52,305 nucleotides of DNA, taken from assembly GCA_042215855.1 (NCBI GenBank), contig JBDGUM010000049.1:1-52305 (forward strand), read 5' to 3'. Shown here piece after piece: positions 19,799 through 29,599 of this stretch. Both the position numbers and the translations under genes were made by a program. The stretch is from Halobellus sp. (GTDB taxonomy: Archaea > Halobacteriota > Halobacteria > Halobacteriales > Haloferacaceae). Each line of letters starts with the position of its first letter. Within the stretch, counting starts at the first letter, position 1. The notes below the pieces were generated by a model. That model saw only the letters and a list, made by a program, of their open reading frames with translations. It was not told the DNA's origin and did no database searches.

Positions 19799-21151
19799 AT
19801 GAGCGAAAGAGCGTGGTCCTTCAGCGACAGTATGGCGGAGGCCGTCGACAAGGCCGGCAGTCCGGTCGAACTCACCCGAGACCTCGGCGTCGGACAGTTC
19901 ACCGAGGTCCCGGACGAGATCACGAACTGGATCGAGGAGCAGCGGTCCTGGCGCGAGAGCGTCGCCTTCGCCGACCAGTCGTATCACATGACCGACCACT
20001 ACGTAGAGGGTCCCGACGCGCTGGACCTCTACAAGGACTTCGCGGTCAACAGCTTCGCGAACACCGAGCCCGGCAAGGCGAAGCAGCTCGTCGTCGCCAA
20101 CCCCAACGGGAACTACATCGGCGACGCGATCTGGTTCCACCTCGAAGAGGACAAGTTCCTGAGCGTCGGCAGCCGCCCCGCCCACAACTGGCTCCAGTAC
20201 CAGATCGAGACGGGCGACTACGACGTCGACGGACACATCCAGGGACGCCCGGTCCAGACCGGCGACGACCCGAACAACTTCCGCTTCCAGGTCCAGGGGC
20301 CGGAGGCGATCAAAGTGATGGAGGAGGCCGTCGACGGCGACCTCCCCGACCTCGGCTTCTTCAACTTCGCGGAGATCTCGATCGACGGTCACGACGCCTA
20401 CCTCCTGCGCCACGGGATGGCCGGCGAGCCCGGCTTCGAGTTCTGGGGCGACTACGAGAACGGCGAGGAAGTCAAGGAGGCCGTGATGGAGGCCGGCGAG
20501 GAGCACGACATCAAACATCTCGGCGCCGAGGCCTACCAGACGCCGAACGCGATCCTCGGCTGGATCCCGCTCGTCGTCCCCGCGATCTTCGAGGAGGGAA
20601 TGGAGGACTACCTCGAGTGGCTCGACGTCGGCGACGGCCTGCTGTCGATCGGCGGGAGCTTCGACTCCGACGACATCTCCGACTACTACTTCACCCCGGT
20701 CGAACTCGGTTACGGTCACATCATCAACTTCGACCACGACTTCGTGGGCGCCGACGCCCTGAAGGACGAGGTCGACGACCCCGACCGCAAGAAGGTCACC
20801 CTCGTCTGGGACGACGACGACGTCGTCGACATCTTCGCGTCGCTCTTCCGGGAGGGCGAGACCTACCAGTACATGGACTTCCCGCACCCGCGGACGGCCG
20901 CCTGCCCGTACGACGAGGTCCTCGTCGACGGCGAGCACGTCGGCGTCTCGACGGACAAGTCCTACATCTACAACGAGCGCGAGTTCCTCTCGCTCGCGGT
21001 CATCGACACCGAGTACGCCGAGCCCGGCACCGAGGTCACCCTCGTCTGGGGCGACCCCGAGGACAACGACAACAAGCGCGTCGAGCGCCACACCCAGAAG
21101 GAAGTCACCGCGACGGTCGCGAACGCGCCCTACAGCGAAGACAAGCGGTAA
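19799..21151 (+). CDS. GcvT-family THF-dependent aryl O-demethylase (LigM/DesA-like) 1
   Basis: NWIEEQRSWR, DQSYHM, AKQ, IGDAI, RFQVQGP, LRHGMAGEPG, IGGSF, FDHDFVG, KKVTL, YNE. Confidence 0.85.
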   Translation: MSERAWSFSDSMAEAVDKAGSPVELTRDLGVGQFTEVPDEITNWIEEQRSWRESVAFADQSYHMTDHYVEGPDALDLYKDFAVNSFANTEPGKAKQLVVANPNGNYIGDAIWFHLEEDKFLSVGSRPAHNWLQYQIETGDYDVDGHIQGRPVQTGDDPNNFRFQVQGPEAIKVMEEAVDGDLPDLGFFNFAEISIDGHDAYLLRHGMAGEPGFEFWGDYENGEEVKEAVMEAGEEHDIKHLGAEAYQTPNAILGWIPLVVPAIFEEGMEDYLEWLDVGDGLLSIGGSFDSDDISDYYFTPVELGYGHIINFDHDFVGADALKDEVDDPDRKKVTLVWDDDDVVDIFASLFREGETYQYMDFPHPRTAACPYDEVLVDGEHVGVSTDKSYIYNEREFLSLAVIDTEYAEPGTEVTLVWGDPEDNDNKRVERHTQKEVTATVANAPYSEDKR

Positions 21152-21361
21152 GCAGTTCAGACTGACCAGCCACGTCCGAACCTGACGTCCCTCCCACCCG
21201 GTTCGGCTTCGCTGACGTTTCCGGTCTCCCCTTCGACGATATCGACGACGGTGAGTCTCGACGCCGGTCGTTCGGCGGCCCACAGCCACCGCCGACACCC
21301 CCGACGCCACCCGCGACGGGATCGAGAAACTGCAAAGTACCCCGGGCGTCTCCGAGCGGGT

Positions 21362-22333
21362 ATGACGCGAGCCATCGTCGACCAGGACATCACGCCCACC
21401 GACCGACTCCTCGACCACCTCGACGACGACTGGGAGGTCACGGTCGGCATCGACGCCGACGAGGCGTCGGTCGAGGCCGAACTGGCGGAGTACGACGTCG
21501 CCTTCGTCACCTCGCGGGTACCGCTCACGAAGGCGGTCCTCGACAGCGCCGAGCGGCTCTCGCTGATCGGGAAACTGGGAACGGGGATCGACTCGATCGA
21601 CCTGGAAGCGGCCCGGGCGAACGGGGTCACCGTCACCCACACGCCCGGCCACAACGCCCTCTCGGTGGCCGAACACGCGCTCGGGCTGACGCTCGCGACC
21701 GCCCGACGGTTGCCCGTGGCGAGGGAGATCGTCGCCGAGGGCCGGTGGCGCGACGAGTACCCGCTCGGCACGCGGATCTCCGGCTCGACCGTCGGCATCG
21801 TCGGCTTCGGGAACGTCGGCAAGCGCGTGGGGATGCTCCTTTCCGGGTTCGACGTCGACGTCCTCGTCTCGGATCCGTACGTCCCGAGCATCGACGCCGA
21901 GTTAGCCCACGGCGAGCAGACCGATCTGGAGACGCTCCTCGGGGCGAGTGACGTGGTGATCCTCACCCCCGAACTCACAGCGGAGACCCGCGGCCTGATC
22001 GGCGAGGCCGAACTCGACTCGATGAAGTCGTCGGGGCTCCTGGTGAACGTCTCGCGCGGGCCCGTCGTCGTGGAGGCGGCGCTGATCGACGCGCTCCGGA
22101 ACGGCGCGATCGCCGGTGCCGGCCTGGACGTGTTCGAGTCCGAGCCCGTGCCGGCGGACTCGCCGCTCCAGGAACTGGACAACGCCGTCCTCACGCCCCA
22201 CATCGCGGCGATGACCGCCGAGTGCCGCGCGGGGAACATCGATCAGCTCGCGGCGAACGTCACGCGGCTGTTCGCCGGCGAGGAGGTCTTAGATCGGTAC
22301 GTTCCGGTGGACGCCGCCGACCTCGGGGAGTAG
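21362..22333 (+). CDS. D-isomer-specific 2-hydroxyacid dehydrogenase
   Basis: GTGIDSID, VAEH, GIVGFGNVG, NVSRG, LDVFESEP, TPHIA. Confidence 0.9.
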   Translation: MTRAIVDQDITPTDRLLDHLDDDWEVTVGIDADEASVEAELAEYDVAFVTSRVPLTKAVLDSAERLSLIGKLGTGIDSIDLEAARANGVTVTHTPGHNALSVAEHALGLTLATARRLPVAREIVAEGRWRDEYPLGTRISGSTVGIVGFGNVGKRVGMLLSGFDVDVLVSDPYVPSIDAELAHGEQTDLETLLGASDVVILTPELTAETRGLIGEAELDSMKSSGLLVNVSRGPVVVEAALIDALRNGAIAGAGLDVFESEPVPADSPLQELDNAVLTPHIAAMTAECRAGNIDQLAANVTRLFAGEEVLDRYVPVDAADLGE

Positions 22334-23153
22334 CCCTCGGCCGCCGAGATCGGTCCGATACGTTCGGATAGTGCTCCGCTACGATCGGCGGATTCTCAGT
22401 ATGCGGTTCGCAGGTCGGTGAGGCTTCGAGACAGAGATCGTAGACCTCGAAGGACAGGGGGCGCCGAGATTCGAAGGACCGCGGCGGGCCCACGGTTCCC
22501 CCATCCGTCGAAGCGGCAGGCGGTGGAATCGGGGATATCACGGTTGGGTCGTCTCGACCGGGGCGAACGTGTCCTAAATAGTATCAATCCGATCTTGTCG
22601 GTTAGCGGCCGTTACGGACGAGGGACGAGACCGTAAATCACGGTTCAGATCCGACAAATAACGCTCGTACACACATTACGGTCATAGGGTCGACAGGTAC
22701 TGCGGTGAAAATAACAGTAGTACGAGTGTTATTTCGATTCGTGTTCGTAGATCCCCTCGAAATTCCGTTCATCGTAGACGAATAGCGATCCGATATGAGC
22801 GGTGTTTCTGGAACGAGGGCAGTAACTGTCGCGTACGCGGAGGATTACGCGGATGCGACAGTCACCCACCGGCCGACGTGTTGCGACGGATCGCACTCTC
22901 CCGGCTATGACTCTCCGATCACGTCGGTGACCTCGACTGGTGAGATAGTCGATCTGATACGTCCTGAATTATTAATGGTGGATTTCGACCGGGGAGTTCC
23001 GCACCCTCAGTCCAGCGCGAACCGGCGCGGGGACCGATCGATCGGCCGCCGTCGAGACCGACTATCCGGCGTTCTCGGCCCCTCGAATCGTTCTTTTCAC
23101 GCGGTCTCCGAACAAATCGGAAGGTTCACAACGGTCGAAGCCGTTTTCGGGGT

Positions 23154-23915
23154 ATGCCCACGGACCGGACGTCACTCACGACCGTCACGCGCGCGTTCGA
23201 GGTCCTGGATCTGCTCTGGGAACTCGACGGGGCGGGGCCGTCGGAGTTGGCGACGCGGATGGACCTCCCGGACAGCACCGTCTACGATTACCTCCGGTCG
23301 CTGAGCGAGACGCGATACGTCACCCGCGAGGACGGCGAGTACCGGCTGAGTTCGTACTTCCTCACCATCGGCGGGAAGATGAAACACCGGAACAGGCTGT
23401 TCCAGGTGGCGAAACCCGAGATGAAGCGCGTGGTCTCCGAGACCGACGAACTGGTCGGTCTGACGATCGAGAACGACGGCCGAGCGGTCGTCTACCACCA
23501 GGAAGAGGGCCGCCAGGCGCTGAGCCTGGGGACATACACCGGCGCGGCCACGCCGATGCACACCGTCGCGACGGGGAAGGCGATCCTCGCGTACCTCCCC
23601 GAGGAACGCGTCGACGAGATCATCGCCGAACGCGGGCTCGAACAGCGCACCGAACACTCGATCACCGACCCCGACGAATTGAAGGCGGAACTGGCGCAGA
23701 TCCGCGAAGACGGCCACGCGGTCGACTGGAACGAACAGGTGGTCGGGATGGGGATGGCCGCGGTCCCGATCCTCGTCGAGGACGGCGTGCTGGGCTCGTT
23801 CGGGATCGTCGTCCCGACCGGACGGATCCGCGACGAGTCCTATCAGGAAGAGCTCCTCCAGAAGCTCCGCGAGATGGCGAACACCGTCACGATCAATTAC
23901 CAGTACGGGAACTGA
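23154..23915 (+). CDS. IclR family regulator
   Basis: HTH STVYDYLRSL; HTVATGKAILA; IREDGHAVD. Confidence 0.92.
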   Translation: MPTDRTSLTTVTRAFEVLDLLWELDGAGPSELATRMDLPDSTVYDYLRSLSETRYVTREDGEYRLSSYFLTIGGKMKHRNRLFQVAKPEMKRVVSETDELVGLTIENDGRAVVYHQEEGRQALSLGTYTGAATPMHTVATGKAILAYLPEERVDEIIAERGLEQRTEHSITDPDELKAELAQIREDGHAVDWNEQVVGMGMAAVPILVEDGVLGSFGIVVPTGRIRDESYQEELLQKLREMANTVTINYQYGN

Positions 23916-24046
23916 TCGCGACGCAGCCCGAGTCCGTCCCGCGGGGAAGTGTCGCCGATCCGGTGACGACGACACGAGCGGCTGCGGAAGTACGTGCGGT
24001 CGAACGACGGCGACGGTACAATCCTCGGGGTACGGCGCGCCGCGGA

Positions 24047-24457
24047 TTACTCGGCGATCGACTCCAGCGCCTCGCGGACCTCGTCGGGGAGCGGCACCGG
24101 CTCGTTGTCCGCCTTGGAGACGCAGACGTGCTGTTCGCGGGCGCTGAACCGCGTGTTGCCGTCCGCGTCGGTGGCGGTGAACTCGAGACCGAGGCTCTTG
24201 TTGCCGACGTCGGGCTCGACAGCGATGGTGAGGACGTCGCCCACTTCGACCGGCCGCTCGAAGTCGGTGTCCATCGAGACGATCGGGAGGTGCACCCCGT
24301 ACTCCTCGGGGATGTCCCAGTAGGCCACGTCGAGATCTTCCATCAACTCCTCGCCGGCGCGGTGCATCGCGTCGATCAGATTCGGATAGTACGCGATACC
24401 GTGGGGATCGGCATCTCCCCACGCGCACTTCCACTCGAACTCGAACATCACCCCCAC
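24047..24457 (-). CDS. hotdog-fold acyl-CoA thioesterase (4-hydroxybenzoyl-CoA thioesterase/YbgC-like)
   Basis: WGDADPHGIAYYPN motif; FERPVEVGD. Confidence 0.85.
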   Translation of the reverse strand: MGVMFEFEWKCAWGDADPHGIAYYPNLIDAMHRAGEELMEDLDVAYWDIPEEYGVHLPIVSMDTDFERPVEVGDVLTIAVEPDVGNKSLGLEFTATDADGNTRFSAREQHVCVSKADNEPVPLPDEVREALESIAE

Positions 24458-24556
24458 ATTCTTCTCTCATCATAAGTAGCTTTGCTCGCCGGCAGCAAAT
24501 TCGATCCTCGGAGACACAAACTACTAATACAATTATTGGGAATACTCGGAAACTGG

Positions 24557-25906
24557 ATGAGCGCCCGAAGTCTCGAAGACCTACTCGACGCCGTCGACTC
24601 GCCCCTCGAGATGCTGCGGTCGCAGGGGCGCGGCGCCTTCGGTTTCCCCAACGTCCCCGACGAGCACACCTCCTGGATCGAAGAGCAGCGCGCGTGGCGC
24701 GAGACGTGTTCGTTCGCCGATCAGTCCCACCATATGGTGGACCTCTGGGTCGAGGGCCCCGACGCGCTGGCGCTGTTTTCGGACCTCGCGGTGAACGGCT
24801 TCGACGGCTACGAGCCCGGAACGGCCAAGCAGTTGGTGCTCGCCAATCCCGACGGGTACTTCATCGGCGACGGGATCCTCTTCTACTTCGCCGAGGACGA
24901 CTTCGCGCTCGTGGGTCCGCCGCAGGCGACCAACTGGGTGCAGTACCACGCCGAGACCGGCGATTACGACGTCGCGACCGAGCGCGACGAGACCTCCGGC
25001 GTGCGCGACGGCCCGCCGACGAACTACCGCTACCAGATCCAGGGGCCGAAGGCGCTCGACGTGATGGAGTCGGTCGTCGACGGGCCGCTCCCGGAACTGG
25101 GCTTCTTCAACTTCGCCGAGATCACGATCGACGGTAACGGGGTCTCGCTTCTACGACACGGGATGTCCGGCGAGGCCGGTTTCGAGTTCTGGGGCCCCTG
25201 GGAGCACGCCCAGAAGATTCAGCGGCTCGTCCTCGAGGCGGGCGAGGCGTACGGCATCCGCCGACTGGGCGGGATGAGCTACGGTAGTTCCGCGGTCGTC
25301 TCGGGGTGGCTCGGGATGCCGCTGCCCGCCGTGTACGACGGCGAGTCGATGCGGGCGTACCGCGAGTGGCTCGATGCGCGGAGCATCGAGGGCCACTACT
25401 CCGTCGCGGGCAGTCTGGACTCCGACGACCTCACCGACTACTACGTCACGCCCGTCGAGATCGGCTACGGCCGGCTGATCGACCTCGATCACGACTTCGT
25501 CGGGGAGGAAGCCATCCGAGCGGAATTGGCTGACCCCGACCGGACGCTCGTCACTCTGGAGTGGGACGACGAGGACGTGATCGACGTGTTCGCGTCGCTG
25601 TTGCGTGAGGGCGAGACCAACCGCTTTCCCGAACTGCCGATCCCCTGGCGCTCGACCTCCCACCACGACCGCGTCGAGAAGGCGGGCGAGCCCGTCGGCA
25701 CTTCGCGGATGAGCGCCTACACGTACAACGAGCGGACGATGCTGTCGCTCGCCGTCCTCGACGTCGACCTGACAGAGCCCGGCACCGAGGTCACGGTCGT
25801 CTGGGGGGAGCCGGACGGGTCGGCGAACCCCGCGGTCGAGCGTCACGAGCGGACGGAGGTCCGGGCGACGGTCGCCCCGGTCCCGTACACGGCGGACAAT
25901 CGGTAG
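24557..25906 (+). CDS. GcvT-family THF-dependent aryl O-demethylase (LigM/DesA-like) 2
   Basis: DQSHHMVDL, IGDGILF, YRYQIQGP, LRHGM, PLPAVY, DHDFVG. Confidence 0.85.
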   Translation: MSARSLEDLLDAVDSPLEMLRSQGRGAFGFPNVPDEHTSWIEEQRAWRETCSFADQSHHMVDLWVEGPDALALFSDLAVNGFDGYEPGTAKQLVLANPDGYFIGDGILFYFAEDDFALVGPPQATNWVQYHAETGDYDVATERDETSGVRDGPPTNYRYQIQGPKALDVMESVVDGPLPELGFFNFAEITIDGNGVSLLRHGMSGEAGFEFWGPWEHAQKIQRLVLEAGEAYGIRRLGGMSYGSSAVVSGWLGMPLPAVYDGESMRAYREWLDARSIEGHYSVAGSLDSDDLTDYYVTPVEIGYGRLIDLDHDFVGEEAIRAELADPDRTLVTLEWDDEDVIDVFASLLREGETNRFPELPIPWRSTSHHDRVEKAGEPVGTSRMSAYTYNERTMLSLAVLDVDLTEPGTEVTVVWGEPDGSANPAVERHERTEVRATVAPVPYTADNR

Positions 25907-26060
25907 TGGCGACGAGCCGACGTTCGACGGCACGGGCGCGAGGGGAGAGCAAATTTTATCACCGCCGTGCTGCAAGTACGTGTAGATGAACGTATTCACA
26001 CCGCATCGTTCCCTCGGACGGCCGGCGACGGCGGCCGAGCACCTCCCCTAACCACCACAG

Positions 26061-26915
26061 ATGGCTTCCCAAGGACTCTCCGCGTCTTCGACGCGCACGA
26101 CCGCCGAATCGCTTCTCGAGAACCCCCGCTTCGAGCTGATGCCGTTCGACAGCTTCGACGACGAGATCGAACACCTGCCCGACGGCGCGACCATCACGAT
26201 CACGGCGTCTCCGCAACTGGAACTGGAGGCGACCATCGAGGCCGCCGAACGTGCCGCCCGGGAGGGCTACGAGGTCGTCCCGCACGTCTCCGCGCGCTAC
26301 GTCCGCGGCCCCGACCACCTCGCGGAGATCTGCGAGCGCCTCAAGGCCGTCGGCATCGAGGACATCTTCGTGCCGGGCGGCGACCGCGAGGAGCCGATCG
26401 GCGAGTTCGAGTCCGCCTACGATATGCTGGTGGCGCTCGACGACCTCGAGTACGAGTTCGAGGAGATCGGCATCACGGGGTATCCCGAAGGCCACGACTT
26501 CCTCTCGGAAGCGACGCTGGCCGAGGCGATGGAGAAGAAGGCCCCCTACGCGACGTACATCGCCACACAGCTGTGTTACGATCCGAACGCGGTGCTCGAA
26601 TGGATCGAGGAGGTCCGCGACCGCGGCATCGATCTCCCGATCGAGGTCGGCATCCCGGGCGTGATGAAGTACGAGAAGCTCCTGAGCATCTCCCAGAAGG
26701 TCGGCGTCGGCGACTCGGTGAAGTTCCTGAAGAAGACGACCGGCATATTCGGGTTCATCAAGCAGTTCATCGGTTCGCGCGGCCGGTACAAGCCGGACGA
26801 GCTCGTCGAGGGGCTCGCCCCGCACGCCGACGAGTACGGGATCCGCGGCCTCCACATCTACACGTTCAATCAGGTCCCCGACACGGAGGAGTGGCGGCGG
26901 AGCCGTCTCGACTGA
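26061..26915 (+). CDS. metF: methylenetetrahydrofolate reductase (MetF-like)
   Basis: PHVSAR, GGD, GYPEGH, TQLCYD, GIPG, LHIYTFNQ; directly after the ligM-like gene. Confidence 0.85.
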   Translation: MASQGLSASSTRTTAESLLENPRFELMPFDSFDDEIEHLPDGATITITASPQLELEATIEAAERAAREGYEVVPHVSARYVRGPDHLAEICERLKAVGIEDIFVPGGDREEPIGEFESAYDMLVALDDLEYEFEEIGITGYPEGHDFLSEATLAEAMEKKAPYATYIATQLCYDPNAVLEWIEEVRDRGIDLPIEVGIPGVMKYEKLLSISQKVGVGDSVKFLKKTTGIFGFIKQFIGSRGRYKPDELVEGLAPHADEYGIRGLHIYTFNQVPDTEEWRRSRLD

Positions 26916-26995
26916 GCGCGGCGTCGAAGTTCGTTCCGCCGCTGTTTCATTCCACTGTCATTTGTCGGGCTCAGCGCCCCACGCGGCGACGGCGC

Positions 26996-28081
26996 CCCGA
27001 CATCCGGATCCGCGAGGACGACGTCGCCTCGATCCAGTGGACCTCGGGGACGACCGGCCGTCCCAAGGGCTGGTGTCACACCCACCGCGGGCTCGGTCAC
27101 AAGGCGATCCAGCTCCAGCAGCTGCTGGCGCTCGATCGGACCGCGAGCCAGGCGCACGTCTTCACGCCCTCGTTCGCGGCGTGGTACTCGCTGTTCCTCC
27201 CGGCGCTGTACTCAAACGCGGCGACCTACTACCTCTCGGAGTGGGACGCGGAGGCCTACGTCCGCCTCATCGACGAGAAGGGGATCACGACCGCGGACCT
27301 GGTGCCCACGATGTGGCAGGAGGTCCTCCAGCTCGAGTCCCTCTCGGAGTACGACCTCAGTTCGCTGAACCGCGCGATCACCAGCGGCGAGTACCTCAAC
27401 GAGGAGACCTTCCACGCGCTCCGGGAGGAGGTCTGCGAGGAGGTGTACAACAGCTACGCCGCGACCGAGGTGCTCGGCACGGGCGTCAGCGCCGAGGAGA
27501 TCGCCGACGGCCGCATCGGGACCGTCGGGAAGCCGATCTCGGCGACGCGGATCCGCGTCGTCGAGGAGGGCGGCCCGCCGGACGCGACCAAGGAGCCCGG
27601 CGAGGTCGGCGAGATCATCGTCAACGGCCCCGACTGCGCCGTGTGGGCCTGGAAGGACACCGACCGGACCGAACGCGCCTTCGAGGACGGCTGGTGGTAC
27701 TCCGGCGATCTCGGCTACAAGGACGAGGACGGCTACCTGTACGTCGAAGGGCGGACGGACTTTATGATCAAATCGAAGGGGATCAAGGTCGCGCCCACGC
27801 CGATCGAGGAGCGGCTCCAGGCCCACCCCGGCGTCGAGCAGGCGGTCGTCGTCGGCGTCCCCGACGAGGAGTTCGGGGAGAGGGTCACCGCGGTCGTGCG
27901 CCGTTCGGACCCCGACGTCGGACCCGACGACCTGGAGTCGTGGTGCCTGGAGAGCGACGAGGTCGCGCGGTTCGAGCGGCCGCGGGCGTACCACTTCGTC
28001 GAGGAGGCGTTCCCGCGGACCGCCACCGACAAACTGGATCGCGCGGCGCTGATCGAGCGGCTGGTGTCGGACGAGGCCTGA
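26996..28081 (+). pseudogene. N-terminally truncated AMP-forming CoA ligase (paralog of 18011-19594)
   Basis: Similarity to the paralog begins at PDIRIREDD...WTSGTTGRPKGWCHT; about 160 N-terminal residues and a start codon are absent. Confidence 0.75.
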
Positions 28082-28237
28082 TTCGCGGGTCCACCTCCGC
28101 TCAGAGTCGATTTCGGAGGTCTGGGCCCCCCACACGACGATCACCGCCTCCGCTGTTCTCCCGCTCCATCGTCGCGAGTCGCGTTCGTCGCGTCCGATAT
28201 CGGAATGCTTACCAGGGTTCCGCGGCCTCTCCCGCAT

Positions 28238-28603
28238 ATGATCGGTGAAATCGACCACATCGAGATCGAAGCGAGCGACGCAGAGGAGATGGCGGACTTC
28301 CTGAAGAAGCTCGGCTACGAGGAGCTCCGCACCACCGAGCACCACGGCGAGTCCTACGAACTCGTGCCCGGCGAGGAAGAGGGTCCGCTCTTCGAGATCC
28401 ACACCGTCGAGGGCGAGGAGGTCCCCGGCATCAACCACATCGCCTTCGCGGTCGACAACATCGACGAGATCACCGAGGAGCTCGAGGCCCAGGACGTCGA
28501 CTCCATCGTCGGCCCCTACGACGTCGAGGAGACCGGCCGCACGATCACGAACTTCCGCGACCCCGACGGCCGCCGCTTCCAGATCGTCGACGACAGCGAG
28601 TAG
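28238..28603 (+). CDS. VOC/glyoxalase family protein
   Basis: IDHIEI, INHIAFAVD, FRDPDG. Confidence 0.88.
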   Translation: MIGEIDHIEIEASDAEEMADFLKKLGYEELRTTEHHGESYELVPGEEEGPLFEIHTVEGEEVPGINHIAFAVDNIDEITEELEAQDVDSIVGPYDVEETGRTITNFRDPDGRRFQIVDDSE

Positions 28604-28720
28604 GTCGACTCCCAGCTCTCCGTTCTTTCACCCTCTCCGGCAACGGCCTCGTCGACCGCGCCGAGGCGTCGAGACTCGGCATCGGAATGTATAACCCGGC
28701 CGCTGTCCCATCAGTCGCGT

Positions 28721-29506
28721 ATGGATCAACACAACAGTTTCAGACACGCGATCGAGAACGACGAGGTGATCTTCGGCGCCCGCTCGTCGACGTTCTCCCC
28801 GACAGTGATCGAGATCTACGGCGAACTCGGCATCGACTTCGTCTGGCTGGACTTCGAGCACATGGGGCCGAGCCCCTGGGACAGCACGGTCTTCGAGGAC
28901 CTGACGCGCGCGGCCGACGTCGGCGGGACGGAACTGTTCGTCCGCCTGCCGACCGGCGAGCCCTCTCTCATCAGAAAAGTGCTCGACGCCGGCGTCCGCA
29001 ACGTCTTCGTCCCGCGAGTCGACACCGCCGAGGAGGTCCGCGAGGCCGTGAAGGCGACGCGCTTCGACTACGGCGGCGAGCCCGGCGAGCGCGGGATGGC
29101 CAGCGGCCGCTCGCGCACCTGGGGCCTCGCCGGCGACGACTACATCGAGACCGAAGACGAGGAGGTCTGCATCGGCGTGATGATCGAGAAGACCACCGCC
29201 GTCGACGAACTCGACGAGATCCTCTCGGTCCCCGAACTCGGCTTCGTCTTCATCGGGCCCTCGGACCTCTCGGTCCAGATGGGTCACCCCGGCGACAAGA
29301 CCCACCCCGACGTCGCCAGCCAGATCACCGAGATCCGCGAGGCCGCCCACGACGCCGGCGTCCCGACGGGCGTGATCGCCAACGACCCCGAGGCCATCGA
29401 GGAGGCTGTCGAGAAGGGTCACCAGATCATCCGGATGGGCGGTGACCTCGCCTCGGTCAAGTCCGTCCTCTCCGAGCGTCTCGACGCGGTCGAGCACCTG
29501 CGGTAG
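28721..29506 (+). CDS. HpcH/HpaI class II aldolase
   Basis: DFVWLDFEH, KVLDAG, MIE, FIGPSDLS. Confidence 0.9.
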   Translation: MDQHNSFRHAIENDEVIFGARSSTFSPTVIEIYGELGIDFVWLDFEHMGPSPWDSTVFEDLTRAADVGGTELFVRLPTGEPSLIRKVLDAGVRNVFVPRVDTAEEVREAVKATRFDYGGEPGERGMASGRSRTWGLAGDDYIETEDEEVCIGVMIEKTTAVDELDEILSVPELGFVFIGPSDLSVQMGHPGDKTHPDVASQITEIREAAHDAGVPTGVIANDPEAIEEAVEKGHQIIRMGGDLASVKSVLSERLDAVEHLR

Positions 29507-29599
29507 ACCGAGAGCCCGGCGCTCACCGGCGCTCCGGCGCGTTCCGGACGCGTGGGCTGTCGAATGAATTATTACGCGGGGGGCGAGACTCCATACCGT

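Noticed and set aside
19799-21151. Glycine cleavage T protein or DmdA assignment
   Set aside because: No gcvH or gcvP nearby; length (~450 aa) and motifs (NW..EQ..W, LRHGM, IGGSF) match LigM better
25967-28081. 704-aa ORF suggesting a novel N-terminal domain fused to a CoA ligase
   Set aside because: The N-terminal half is the off-frame, Arg-rich shadow of metF; only the part from about 26996 is ligase-like
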